NCBI GenBank assembly: GCA_030704615.1
Contig: CM060732.1
Location: forward strand, 56,730,001-56,794,000
From: Takakia lepidozioides
Lineage: Eukaryota; Plantae; Bryophyta
DNA: 64,000 nt
Direction of reading: 5' to 3'
The notes beneath the pieces were generated by a model that saw only the letters and a program-made list of their open reading frames with translations, had not been told where the DNA came from and did not search any database. This document shows positions 12,426 through 23,231 of this stretch, one piece after another (position 1 is the first letter of the stretch; every line of letters starts with the position of its first letter). The position numbers and the translations under genes are program-made.

Positions 12426-13300
12426 GCACTGGTGGACTGCCTGAGGACTAGCATGTGGTCTTGAAGGCCAAATTTCGAAGCTCGTGGAGGGCGGTTTGAG
12501 GAATATCTTCATGATATTCCCATGGTCATGCAAGTGAGGGAAGAGAGGAGAGGAAGAGTGTTGGGATGAGTGCATGCTGGGGTTAGGCATTGCTTTAGCT
12601 TCTTTTCCTCATAGTTTTCCACCTTCTCATTAGGCCAAGACCTTTCCGTAGGTGGAGGCAAGAGACAGTCCGGGTTTGGCCTGGGGTGTCCTTGCAGGAG
12701 CGACACCATGGAGTTGTTTTTGGTGTGGGGGAGTTGTCGTTCTGATTTCTTGTGTTTGGATCCCCTCCACACCTGCATGCTTGACTGTGCGCCACGTTAG
12801 TTTTGTGTGGGCACTTGTTTTTATAGGTGATTGGTCTGGTTTGATCACCGGCCAGTCCTAGAGCGTGTTGTCGATGGTGAGGCTGGGGTGATGACCAGTC
12901 ATACCATCATTGTTTCTCTGGTGGTGAGGTTGGAGGTGATGACCAGCCAACCATAGGAGTGCTTGCTGTGGATGCAGGTGTAGATGCAGGCTATGTTAGG
13001 AACCTAGTATTCCAAACCATAAGCCGCAACAGGTTCTCTATCCGGTTATCTTGTGGAAAGGGGGTTAGGGACATGTTCATGACCGGTTGAGTGTCAGTTT
13101 GTCAACACGGAGGTGCCACTAGTTGTTGGGAAAGTGCCGGTTCGAGCACTAGCAATACTAGTGGGTACATAAGACGAGGTGTGCGGTTTAGGCCACCTTC
13201 ATCTCCTGTGTCTTCCAATGAAGGTTCTGATTCAGACTCTAAATCAAGAGGGTTCACGCCGACGGTGCAAGTTACTTCTTTGCCATTATTATGGGATACA

Positions 13301-14596
13301 ATGGAGGAGATGTATGGAGCTACCAAGGGGCCACGTAGGTACTCTGGGGCGGTGGGCACCATTGAGTTGGATGACTTTATCCAAGAGTTTGATAGTTGGT
13401 GTGACTTGCAGCAAATGCGCAATCCACAACTGTTTACGCCTTTTATGGCATGGAAGGGGCTATTTCAGCACCTTGAGGGGCCGCCCATGGATGATTACCA
13501 TGAGTTTAGGCAGGGGCATGAGGTTGAGATCGAGGAGTGGAGGATGTATTGGTCACCCGACTATGTCTCCATCACTAGGGGCACTAGAGCTACGAGGGCA
13601 GTGGCTACACCTTCAGCTGCACCGGCAGCTTCAACAAGCAGCAGTGGGACTAGTAGTACCGTAGCTACGACGTCCACCCCAAGCCACTACCGCACCAGTA
13701 CCAGTACCCGTGCCTGCCTTCAACCCTGTTGTGGAGTTCTTCGAAGAGTTGAGAGAGAACTACCAAGGGATGAGGACAGAGAAGTTGCGGAGCTTGCAAG
13801 AGTTCCAACAAAAGCCTATTGAGAGCTTGAAGGAGGCTTTCACTCGCATGAGGCGCTTGATAAATGTAACCCAAGGGGTTACAGAAGCTCAGGTAGTCCA
13901 ATTCTGGTATGGGATATTGGACAAGGAGCCGAGGAGAAGGGCGCGGGATGCAACTCTCCTACAAGTGGCCCAACCCACCTTAGCAAATGTATTTTTGCTG
14001 GCAGAGCAGATAGAGCTCAACATGATGGAGGAACGAGTGGTCATGGTGGGATTTGCTAAGGAGACACCACGGGGTAGTGGTGCTCCTAGCCAACCACTAC
14101 CTCAACGTGCTCAAGGCAACAAGGGGGCTCAGGTGAAGCCCAGGGAAGGACGGAGAGGACCTCAGATGCAGGGGTCTCTCCCTTTGTTTGCAGGCCAACA
14201 ACGGGCGGATGTGGTGTGTTGGACATGTGGAGGGCCCCATGTCAAGAAGGATTGCCCAGAGAATGGCAAAGGGTTGACTCAGGTACAGCCTGCACAGTTG
14301 CAAAGTGGGCATTGTGGCAAGTTTGGGCATGGAAAGGCCCAGTGTTATGACTTTCATCCTGAGTTGCGGCTAGGCCAGGAATAATGGTGGCCGGGGGCGA
14401 GGTGGAGCAGCTCAGAGAGGATGAGGTGGCCAGGCACGAGGTGCAGCCAAGAACAAGCTCAGCATGGCCAGGGACGAGGAGGTCAGGGTGTTGATCAAGG
14501 CATGGCCAACCGGCTTTAGCAACTAGAGCAACGGCTTGCTGCCATGGCCACAGCTCAGGTGGTACCAGCTCCAAGGCATGAGGGTCCACCTCCTAC
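13301..14596 (+). pseudogene. gag: Gag of copy A (continues at 28192)
   Basis: MEEMYGATKGPRRYSG...; zinc knuckles CWTCGGPHVKKDC and (S)GHCGKFGHGKAQC; frameshifted. Confidence 0.85.
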
Positions 14597-15641
14597 TGTC
14601 GCGCGGCTTTTACTCACCCATCCCTTCGCTATCCGAGGCGGAAACTCCAAGATAGAAGAGTTGGAAATCTCTAAGTACTCAGCCCGCGCAGAACAATCAG
14701 TCATGACCTACAGCTAGTGTATCATGGGGGTGTTTCCTATTTGTTTCCTTTTCCGCATTCATCTTAGCTACCTTACCATTGATAATTAAGTATCAGTTTG
14801 CTTCATCAATTTATCGGTTTCCTTAACTCCTCCATTCAATCCACAGCTTCACTCAGATCTCTCTACACAGTGTGATTGTATCGTATAAGTATCAGATTAT
14901 GATTTATCAGGTATCAGGCCGAATCCATTATGTCTCTAATCTGCTCTACAATATCACTCTAGCTTTGCATATGACAAGCATCTACTAATCCTCTTTTCTC
15001 CTTCATCGTGCTCTCCGATCTCCGCTCCCGCCTGTCTCCGAAGTCCTCCCCGAATAATGATCCCCTTCCTATTCCCCGTTCTTCCCTTTATCCTCCTATC
15101 CGCGGTTCTAACCGTTTCCCTCTCTAACCGTCGTATGTGAACTAACATGTTCCCTTCACTGGTGTTGTTCCCCACAGTCGTTCCCTGTCCTACTCTTCGT
15201 TCCCTATTATCGTGACAGCTGTGTCAAGCGGTGACTGGTTGTGTTTGGCTGTGTCGGGCTGTGACTGGCTGTGTGGCTGTGCCGGGCTGTGACTGGCTGT
15301 GTGGGCTGTGTCTGCTGTGACGACTGTGATGGGCTGTGTGGGCTGTGTGGGCTGTGACGACTGTGACGGCTGTGTGGGCTGTGACGACTGTGTGGCTGTG
15401 TGGGCTGTGACGGCTGTGTGGGCTGTGTGGGCTGTGTTGGCTGTGTGGGTTGTGACGACTGTGACGGGCTGTATTGGCTGTGTGGGCTGTGACTGCTGTG
15501 TCGGCTGTGTGGGCTATGTAACCCCCCTCTACAGTGCGCTGCTGTCACCCCTAAGGTTCCTGTTTGTCTCAGTCTGTGCAAAAATTAAGGGTACCCTACA
15601 GATCCCGTATAAGTGTCTAAGTCCCCTACATTCCTCTAACA
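14597..15641 (-). repeat. 3' LTR of element C
   Basis: Matches 27151-28186 apart from an internal GGCTGTG array and a few substitutions. Confidence 0.95.
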
Positions 15642-15656
15642 TTACCCCTTCCCCCC
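15642..15656 (-). promoter_or_regulatory. Polypurine tract of element C
   Basis: Minus strand GGGGGGAAGGGGTAA abuts the 3' LTR. Confidence 0.85.
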
Positions 15657-15679
15657 TCAAAAAGCCGTGTCCTCACGGT

Positions 15680-16966
15680 TTACTGTTTCCGAGTAGCAAC
15701 CCTTTGTGAGTGAGCACCTTGTTGACGTTGAGAGTTTCGTGGTGGGCTGTGTGTACGAGCCCGAGGTCTGTCTCTGGTTGATGGAGATGGTTGATCACTA
15801 CCTGGATAAGTGAGGCCTTCTGGAGGTTGATATCGAGGTAATCTTTCCGGCATAGGAGATCCCCTTTGTTTCTTCTCTTCCATCTGAATTGCATAGTCTT
15901 CTCCCATGTCAAAAGAATTTTGTGAAGAAACAGTTGTATCAGAATCCTCATCGCCTCTCAGGTGTTTTAATTTTCGAACTTTTTGTGGAATCATCTGGGG
16001 CATACAATGCTGTCCTACCATGTCTGGAAGTTTGCATTTTACAACCTGGTGTAACCGTTGAACAGCAAAATTGGTGTAGACACTGAGCTCCTTGTCTGTC
16101 CAGATGAGTGGGGTACCAATTACTGGTGCCGCGTGCAAGTATTTCCATGCGATATGTCCCTTATAGAAAATGTCATCAAGTCCGAATTTCTGTGTTGACA
16201 AATTGTTGCAGGCTGCTTGAAACCATGAACGAATTTGAGAATCCTTTTGTATCATAACTTTTGGGTCATATAGGTACATATGAGGTGGCACCGAAGGTAA
16301 TACCCAATGATCTCCACTGGAGTAACTTTGAAATCGTGCTTGCATCTTTTGTTGCTCTATGTGGTAACGTATCAGGAAACAAGCAGCGTAGTATAGCCCG
16401 CACCCCATGACAATACTTGCTATCTCCTTGGTCTTGGTATAAATGAGTCCATGTACAACCTGGAAAGCAACCAATTCCCTCAACATGGTACCTGCCTCGT
16501 GCCAGTATTGTGCAAAGTGATGATCTTCAATATGTCGATTGTTTGGAAGAACTTTAGTCCTGGTTGCCACTGGCAGCCAGATACGCATGATTTGGTAGTA
16601 ATGTGCGAATGACTGCGGAGGACTAAATTCTTTCCAAGCCAAATCCAACATGATGGGAATTTGGTTGAAGGGCATAATCATAGCCCTACTGTACTCCCTG
16701 GCAGCTGGAGTTTTAGGTGGGTTAAAAGCTGCATTGCCCCATACCTCCGGCTGTGGTGGCTGTGGTGTGGTTGTAGTAACCACAGGTTCAGCTACTGGTA
16801 CACTGACCTGTTGTGGTGGTGGTGGTACTGGTTCCTGTACCATTGGCATCTCCTGCACCTCCTGTGAAGACTGAAAAGCCAGAGTTCTGGCTTGCAAATA
16901 AGAAGCCATTAGCTGTTCCTGAGGGATATAGACTCTTTGGTCGATGTTTGAAGTGAGGTCTTCCAC
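15680..16966 (-). CDS. Extra 3' ORF of element C, unknown; probably the frameshifted continuation of the coiled-coil ORF
   Basis: 428-aa frame with GTG start. The same frame upstream reads ELQEDVDGLQTQVEDL, continuing the coiled coil. Confidence 0.65.
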   Translation of the reverse strand: MEDLTSNIDQRVYIPQEQLMASYLQARTLAFQSSQEVQEMPMVQEPVPPPPQQVSVPVAEPVVTTTTPQPPQPEVWGNAAFNPPKTPAAREYSRAMIMPFNQIPIMLDLAWKEFSPPQSFAHYYQIMRIWLPVATRTKVLPNNRHIEDHHFAQYWHEAGTMLRELVAFQVVHGLIYTKTKEIASIVMGCGLYYAACFLIRYHIEQQKMQARFQSYSSGDHWVLPSVPPHMYLYDPKVMIQKDSQIRSWFQAACNNLSTQKFGLDDIFYKGHIAWKYLHAAPVIGTPLIWTDKELSVYTNFAVQRLHQVVKCKLPDMVGQHCMPQMIPQKVRKLKHLRGDEDSDTTVSSQNSFDMGEDYAIQMEEKKQRGSPMPERLPRYQPPEGLTYPGSDQPSPSTRDRPRARTHSPPRNSQRQQGAHSQRVATRKQ

Positions 16967-16983
16967 TTGAGTCTGGAGTCCGT

Positions 16984-18090
16984 CTACATCCTCTTGTAAC
17001 TCTGTATCCTACTATAGACATTGTCTATAGTAGTTGTGGCAATGTTCTGCACCTGCAGTCTGAGCTCATTCATCTCGCTTTGGGTGAGCTTCCGTGGGCT
17101 TTTGCCCTCTACTGGCCCTTGTGCTAACCAGACCTGCATAAGGCTGTTATCCACCAAGCTGCTTGTGGTTCCCCTGAGAGTTTGCTCCTCTCTTAGCTTA
17201 TACAATTCCAACTGCTGTTGTAAAGCCTTCATGCGCTTCGCCTGTGGCTCAACCAATTGCGCATAGGCAGCAAGTAGATTATTGGCTTCTTTCGAAGCCT
17301 TGTTACTGACCGCGATTTCATTTCTATTGGCCACGATGGTTTGTTGCAACTCCACGATGTATTTCTCATTCTCAGCTTCCATCTGCCTGTATTGCTTGAA
17401 AGTATCTTCATTGCGACAGATTGTATTCTTCATATCGACAATGAGTTTCATGTGCTCCACATTCTCTTCTTCTGCCTTCGTACATTTTTCCGCTTGACTG
17501 TTTATTTCTTTTGTTGATTGGTCAAGCATAGTTGTAAATGTAGCGCATTGTATCTCCATCCTGTTATGCACTGTCTGCAACTCCGTATGTAGTGCATTCA
17601 GTTCTTGCAACTTGCTTTCATGCTGCACCTGCATTTGGTATAGCTGTTGCTTATGTGCTTCGTGCAACTGGTCTTGCGCAAGGCCTGCCTCAATCAATTG
17701 TTGCTTGGCCAATTGCAAAGCCATTTCTGTATTGGCCAAGTCCTGCTTCATCTTGAGAGTGACCTCTTCATCGACCTTGTTTGAACACTCAGTGGCAAGT
17801 CGAGCCTCAAACTCCTTCCTGAGTTCTTCTTTCAAGGCTGTCAATTGGGTAATTGAAACATGGGTTTTGACATAAGTCCCCAACAAATTAAGTGTCCTGC
17901 CTATGGAATTCATCAGCATTGCCTGTTGAGGGTCATCATGGTGAGGTTGCTGCTGTTCCTCCCGATCTTCAACAGTATGATGTCTCACTAACCATTCAGA
18001 CCATTGTCCCACCGGATTTTCTTCCTGAACTACTTCATTTATGACCGGTGCTACAGTGTCATGGTCTTCCGCCTGTGGTACCTCCGACAC
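16984..18090 (-). CDS. Extra 3' ORF of element C, coiled-coil protein
   Basis: 368-aa E/Q/K/L-rich heptad sequence; GTG start. Confidence 0.65.
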   Translation of the reverse strand: MSEVPQAEDHDTVAPVINEVVQEENPVGQWSEWLVRHHTVEDREEQQQPHHDDPQQAMLMNSIGRTLNLLGTYVKTHVSITQLTALKEELRKEFEARLATECSNKVDEEVTLKMKQDLANTEMALQLAKQQLIEAGLAQDQLHEAHKQQLYQMQVQHESKLQELNALHTELQTVHNRMEIQCATFTTMLDQSTKEINSQAEKCTKAEEENVEHMKLIVDMKNTICRNEDTFKQYRQMEAENEKYIVELQQTIVANRNEIAVSNKASKEANNLLAAYAQLVEPQAKRMKALQQQLELYKLREEQTLRGTTSSLVDNSLMQVWLAQGPVEGKSPRKLTQSEMNELRLQVQNIATTTIDNVYSRIQSYKRM

Positions 18091-18100
18091 AGTGTGTGCA

Positions 18101-19351
18101 TTATATGTACCTCAGGATTTTTCTTGGGCAACTGTTGCACCTCTGGGATTTCTGTCTGCTTGACCAGACCAAATATTCATAGAGAAGGTCCCCTTTCTCT
18201 ATTTCCGCCACTATCTGTTCTGTAGTTGGAATATCTATCCCTTCACTTTCCAAATCTATTATTTCGGGTTGAGCTGCATGGATAACTTGTGACCTTGTGA
18301 CAAGTCGTTCAAGTGGCTGTGTTGGTTGTGATGCAGAAGTAACTTCTTCCTCCCTCTCTGAAGGTCCTGCTTCCAGTAATAACATTCTTTTGTGCTGCTG
18401 TGCCCCTTCCTGGTCATGAGCTTGGGAAACATTATCATGCGGAATCCGTGAAGCCAGTGGATCCGCCACTACAGTCTTTCCCCTTCTCTGCCTCTTAGTC
18501 TCGGGTTGTGCTGCTAGTCCACCCTCACTGTGTGAAGAGCCTTGCTCTTCCATTGCAGTTGTTTCTGGCTCAAACACTCCCATTTCCTTCCTTTCTTGTG
18601 CATTAAGTATGCCAGAACTAAGGATTATTTGAGCAATGATTGGGCCAGACACTATGATAGGAGATTTTGCGGTAGTACCTTGTAATCTTTTCATCTCCTC
18701 TACCAGTGCGTTGTACATTATGTCCGCCCATGGTACCTCTTGTCCCTTCAAGCCTTTGAGGATTTCCTCTGTGAAGGATCTGCTCAAATATTGTTGGTTC
18801 TGTTTCAGGGCAATCAGAACGTTCAATACTTGGCCTATGTCTTTTAACCCTGGGTACACAGCTTTGGTACAAGCATAACCCTGAGTTTTAAAGAAACTCC
18901 CTTCTTGGAATAAATCCCCTATTTGCAGTCTTTCTCTGTGTTCCTCCACATACACATGACCTTCTGGCAATCGAAACAATTGCTGGAGGTATAGGGGAGT
19001 AATCATTAATTCAACTCCCTTCACCGTTGTTGTTCCTGTCTTTGGCTCAAAGTTCTGCAAAAATTGTAACATGTACTGTCTATGGTGTAGTGTCCAATCC
19101 ATGCTTTGCAATCCTTCCAATCTCAGCTCCTTCAGTATCTTTATCGCCTGTGGGGTAGCCATCGTTTGTTTCTGCAGAATTGTGGTGCTCTTCACCCTGA
19201 TTTCCTCCATTCCTCTCACTCTCTTCATCTTAGACTCACAGAACTGCTTTGGCTGTAACAACTGCAGGAATGCCTGTAGTGCACAAAGCAGAAACGTATG
19301 GTTGCCGCAGAAAGCTATGGGTAATCTCTTGTAAGCCTGCGGGGCTTGCAA
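18101..19351 (-). CDS. Extra 3' ORF of element C, unknown retrotransposon accessory protein
   Basis: 416-aa frame starting just after the pol stop; first ATG near 19228. Confidence 0.65.
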   Translation of the reverse strand: MQAPQAYKRLPIAFCGNHTFLLCALQAFLQLLQPKQFCESKMKRVRGMEEIRVKSTTILQKQTMATPQAIKILKELRLEGLQSMDWTLHHRQYMLQFLQNFEPKTGTTTVKGVELMITPLYLQQLFRLPEGHVYVEEHRERLQIGDLFQEGSFFKTQGYACTKAVYPGLKDIGQVLNVLIALKQNQQYLSRSFTEEILKGLKGQEVPWADIMYNALVEEMKRLQGTTAKSPIIVSGPIIAQIILSSGILNAQERKEMGVFEPETTAMEEQGSSHSEGGLAAQPETKRQRRGKTVVADPLASRIPHDNVSQAHDQEGAQQHKRMLLLEAGPSEREEEVTSASQPTQPLERLVTRSQVIHAAQPEIIDLESEGIDIPTTEQIVAEIEKGDLLYEYLVWSSRQKSQRCNSCPRKILRYI

Positions 19352-19358
19352 GCATTGT

Positions 19359-22300
19359 TCAAGAGAAAAGCTCTGCTCTTTCGTTTCGTGTCTCTGCCAT
19401 TGCGTAAGTAATATTGCGAGCGTATAGTCTGTTAGCTTCCTCCATAGTTTCCAAGTTATAGCATTTATGGCCTGTCCTGTCGAGACGCCCGTTACTCAGA
19501 ACGACGCCGCCTCTTGCGCTTAATTTCCCTCCATTTTCTTGATCATTTCTCTGGTTTTCTATTGGCTGTATCAGCTGTGACTGGATTTTAACTTTTATCT
19601 TCTTTAGTGGACTTTCCCTGTTGGATAGTCCACTAGGATCACACATGCGACATGAATTCAGTTTTTCTGTACTTGCCGTTCGTTCTGTTTCCCTTTTTCC
19701 GTATTCATTAATGGGCCCGCCTTTCATCCCTTTTGACGGCCGTTCTTGTCCTCTTTCTTTTTGACACCTGTCCTTGCACTTCATTCTCTGCTGTGTGTCG
19801 CACCCTGACCTCCACGTGTCTATTTTTAAATTAATTTCCGTTTCTTCTTCCTTCAGCCATTTTCCTGAAGTTTTTATGTGTCCACTTGTCACTGATTCTA
19901 TGGATCGTGTAACTTTAGTAGGCTGTGTTGAGCTGTGACAGGCTGTGTCATACTGTGTTACGCTGTGATAGGCTGTGTTGCCCTGTGGTAAGCTGTGATA
20001 GGCTGTGACACGCTGCGGTAGGTTGTGATAGGCTGTGTCACGTCGTGACGGGCTGTGATAGGCTGTGTCACGCCGTGATGGGCTGTGATAGGCTGTATGA
20101 CGCCGTGATGGGCTGTGATAGGCTGTGTTGCGCCTTGCTGGGCTGTGATAGGCTGTGTTGCGCCGTGTTGGGCTGTGATAGGCTGTGTTGCGCCTTGCTG
20201 GGCTGTGATAGGCTGTGTCACGCCGTGTTGGGCTGTGACAGGTTGTGTCACGCCGTGTTGGGCTGTGATAGGCTGTGTTGCGCCTTGCTGGGCTGTGATA
20301 GGCTGTGTCACGCCGTGTTGGGCTGTGATAGGCTGTGTCACGCCGTGATGGGCTGTGATAGGCTGTATCACGCTGTGATGGGCTGTGATAGGCTGTGTCA
20401 CGTTTGTTTTGCCCACCCCGGTCATATATACTGGGCCTAGCGACAAGTGTTCCATACTCTGTTCGTAACACTGGTGCAGCCCGTGACTGCTCTTGCGGTT
20501 CAACATGCAAATCATGCTGCAGGGGTTTGTCATGGATACCACTGTACCCCTTCAACTTATTTGCATTGACTCTTCCCAGCATTTCTTTGTTAATGGTTTG
20601 TAACATGGCTGTGTTGTTATCATACATCTTTTGGATGACATAAGGTCCTTTCCATGGTGATTTAAGCTTAGAAGCTTGAATCTTTCCTTTCTTCTGCAAC
20701 CATAGAACCAAATCCCCCGTCTTAAAAGTCTTTAATTTGCCTTCATCAAACTGTTCCTTTCGCTTCATCTGAATTCTGGTCATATTATCCGCTGCATCAG
20801 CACGTACTTCTTCCACATGGTATAATTCATGTTTCCTGACCTTGATGGAGTCTTGCAATTCCATTCTTTTTCCCCACTCCGTTCTCATGGTAGGTAACAG
20901 GAATTCCACTGGAAGTAAGGCTTCCATACCATAAACTAATTGGAATGGTGTATACTTTGTGGTGACTTTATACGAAGTCCTGTATGACCATAAAGCTGTC
21001 AGCAGCTTTGTATCCCAATCCGTTCTGTTTGCATTGACTATCTTAGCCAAGATAGTACATAGTATTTTGTTGGTAGCCTCTGCCTGTCCATTACCCTGTG
21101 GGTAATATGTTGTACTCTTTCTATGCACAATCATAAACTCTTTAGTCAATAACTCAATGGTCTCATTCATGAAGTGACTTCCTTGATCACTGATAAATTC
21201 TAAGGGACATCCAAATCGTGTAAGTATGTTCTCGTACAGGAACCTTGCTGTGGACTTGGCTGTGTTGTCCCTCAAAGCTTTAGCTTCCACCCACTTTGTA
21301 GTATAATCAGTGGCTGTAATTATGTACCTGTTTTGTGTATTCTTGGATGGTGGATTAATTGGTCCAACAAAGTCTAGTCCCCATTTCTGAAATGGTTCCG
21401 TAGGCATTGTAGGATGCAAGGCCATTCTTCCAGATCTCTGCAAAGGTCCTAGCCTCTGACATTCATCACACTTCTGACAATACTCATGTACATCTTTGAA
21501 CAAAGTAGGCCACCAGTATCCTGCGAGTAGTATCTTTCTACTGGTAGTCTCTTCTCCAAAATGACCTCCAGCCACTCCTTTATGAACTTCCTCCAAGACT
21601 TTATTTACTTCATGGTGGTACAAGCATCGTTTTAGTACTCCGTCAGGTCCTAACTTATACATTCTGCTTCCTACCATAGTATAAGGTAAAGCTCTGATAG
21701 CAATTCTCTTCCTCTGCTCCTTACCATAACTAGGTGGGCACTGACCATGAACAAGGTAGTATCTGATTGGCCACTGCCAATCTAACCATTCATCTGCACT
21801 TCCTTGCACCTCCATTACAAATAAACTCGCATCAGGTAACTGATCGTCCACTCCTGTGGCGGCCTCTCCTGTTGTTAGTCGTGACAAATGATCTGCCACA
21901 AGATGCAAACGGCCAGGCTTGTAAATAACCTCAAACTCAAACTCATGCAAGATTATTAACCACCTCGCTATCCTTCCACTTATCAAAGGTTTGTTCACCA
22001 GATATATCAGAGCCTGGTGATCCACATAAAACATAAACTTTCTTCCCAATAGGTAATGCCTGAATTTCTTCACTGCATAGATCATTGCCAATGCTTCTCT
22101 TTCCGTTGTGCTATAGTTCCTCTCAGCACTGTTCATCAACCGGCTAGCATAGTACACAGGTGAATCTATATTCCCTGTAACATTCTGGGCTAACACCGCT
22201 CCCAACGCTTCTCCTGATGCATCGCAGTGAACATGAAATACTACATGCCAGTGAGGGTTAATCAGCACAGGTGTAGTTGTTACTGACAGTGTAAGTTCCT

Positions 22301-23231
22301 CAAACGCCTGTTGACATTCAGCTGTCCATGCAAACACTGCATCTTTCTTCAGAAGTTTGCTCAATGGTGCTGCTATTTGTGCATACCTTTTGACAAATCT
22401 TCTGTAATAACTGGTTTGCCCAAGGAATCTCCTTAAACTCTTAACATTCACTGGTGGTGGAGAGGCTTTAATGGACTCTGTCTTCCTGGGATCCACAAGG
22501 AGTCCCTTCTTACACACAATGTGTCCCAGAAGCACCCCTGAGTTCACACAGAAAGTACACTTCTCTGGGTTCAAGCCCAGACCTCTCATCCTGCATCTGG
22601 CCAGGCATAACTCCAATTTATGCAAGTGCTCATTCTTAGAGCTGTACACACTGAAATCATCCAAAAACACCTGCATGAAATCATCCAGATACTCTTGAAA
22701 AGATTCACTTATCACTCTCTGAAAGGTCGCTGGTGCATTACAAAGCCCAAAGGGCATGACTTTGTATGCATAAGCCCCCCAGTCTGTGATGAAAGCTGTT
22801 TTCCCTTGGTCTTCTTCTGCCACTTGCACTTGATTATAACCACTGAAGCCATCCATGAATGAGTACATCTCATGGCCTGCCACAGTGTCTAATACTGCTT
22901 CTGTGAATGGCAAAGGGAAAGGATCTTTCTTCGTACAAGCATTCAGCTTCTTATAGTTCACACATACTCTTAGTTTGCCATTCTTCTTGGGAACTATAAC
23001 AATGGGTGACAACCAAGTTGTATACTCTATTGGGTATATAAACTTAGCCTCAGCCAACTTCTTTATCTCTTCTCCAACCTTCTGTGCGTAGTTGGGATTC
23101 ATTCTATACCTCGCCTGCTTGATTGGTACTGACCCTGGTTCCAGTTCAATTTTATGCTGACAGACTTCAGGTGGTATCCCTTTTAGATCCTCATAGCTCC
23201 AAGCAAATACATCTCTGTATTTGATGAACAA
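19359..23231 (-). CDS. pol: Pol (RT-RNase H-integrase) of element C with a repeat-containing C-terminal extension
   Basis: RT motifs MDGFSGYNQ, MPFGLCNAPATFQR and FLDD; RNase H CDAS...EREALA; integrase HHCC, GLDFVGP, SDQGSHF and GNGQAE. Confidence 0.95.
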   Translation of the reverse strand: MFIKYRDVFAWSYEDLKGIPPEVCQHKIELEPGSVPIKQARYRMNPNYAQKVGEEIKKLAEAKFIYPIEYTTWLSPIVIVPKKNGKLRVCVNYKKLNACTKKDPFPLPFTEAVLDTVAGHEMYSFMDGFSGYNQVQVAEEDQGKTAFITDWGAYAYKVMPFGLCNAPATFQRVISESFQEYLDDFMQVFLDDFSVYSSKNEHLHKLELCLARCRMRGLGLNPEKCTFCVNSGVLLGHIVCKKGLLVDPRKTESIKASPPPVNVKSLRRFLGQTSYYRRFVKRYAQIAAPLSKLLKKDAVFAWTAECQQAFEELTLSVTTTPVLINPHWHVVFHVHCDASGEALGAVLAQNVTGNIDSPVYYASRLMNSAERNYSTTEREALAMIYAVKKFRHYLLGRKFMFYVDHQALIYLVNKPLISGRIARWLIILHEFEFEVIYKPGRLHLVADHLSRLTTGEAATGVDDQLPDASLFVMEVQGSADEWLDWQWPIRYYLVHGQCPPSYGKEQRKRIAIRALPYTMVGSRMYKLGPDGVLKRCLYHHEVNKVLEEVHKGVAGGHFGEETTSRKILLAGYWWPTLFKDVHEYCQKCDECQRLGPLQRSGRMALHPTMPTEPFQKWGLDFVGPINPPSKNTQNRYIITATDYTTKWVEAKALRDNTAKSTARFLYENILTRFGCPLEFISDQGSHFMNETIELLTKEFMIVHRKSTTYYPQGNGQAEATNKILCTILAKIVNANRTDWDTKLLTALWSYRTSYKVTTKYTPFQLVYGMEALLPVEFLLPTMRTEWGKRMELQDSIKVRKHELYHVEEVRADAADNMTRIQMKRKEQFDEGKLKTFKTGDLVLWLQKKGKIQASKLKSPWKGPYVIQKMYDNNTAMLQTINKEMLGRVNANKLKGYSGIHDKPLQHDLHVEPQEQSRAAPVLRTEYGTLVARPSIYDRGGQNKRDTAYHSPSQRDTAYHSPSRRDTAYHSPTRRDTAYHSPARRNTAYHSPTRRDTTCHSPTRRDTAYHSPARRNTAYHSPTRRNTAYHSPARRNTAYHSPSRRHTAYHSPSRRDTAYHSPSRRDTAYHNLPQRVTAYHSLPQGNTAYHSVTQYDTACHSSTQPTKVTRSIESVTSGHIKTSGKWLKEEETEINLKIDTWRSGCDTQQRMKCKDRCQKERGQERPSKGMKGGPINEYGKRETERTASTEKLNSCRMCDPSGLSNRESPLKKIKVKIQSQLIQPIENQRNDQENGGKLSARGGVVLSNGRLDRTGHKCYNLETMEEANRLYARNITYAMAETRNERAELFS
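19920..20402 (-). repeat. 30-bp minisatellite (about 16 units) translated in pol as RRDTAYHSP(T/S/A)
   Basis: Directly visible 30-nt period, in frame with pol. Confidence 0.95.

Noticed and set aside
15207-15709. ORFs in GGCTGTG arrays (also 11544-12454, 19958-20542, 27761-28197, 7027-7281)
   Set aside because: Open frames are a by-product of stop-free simple repeats.
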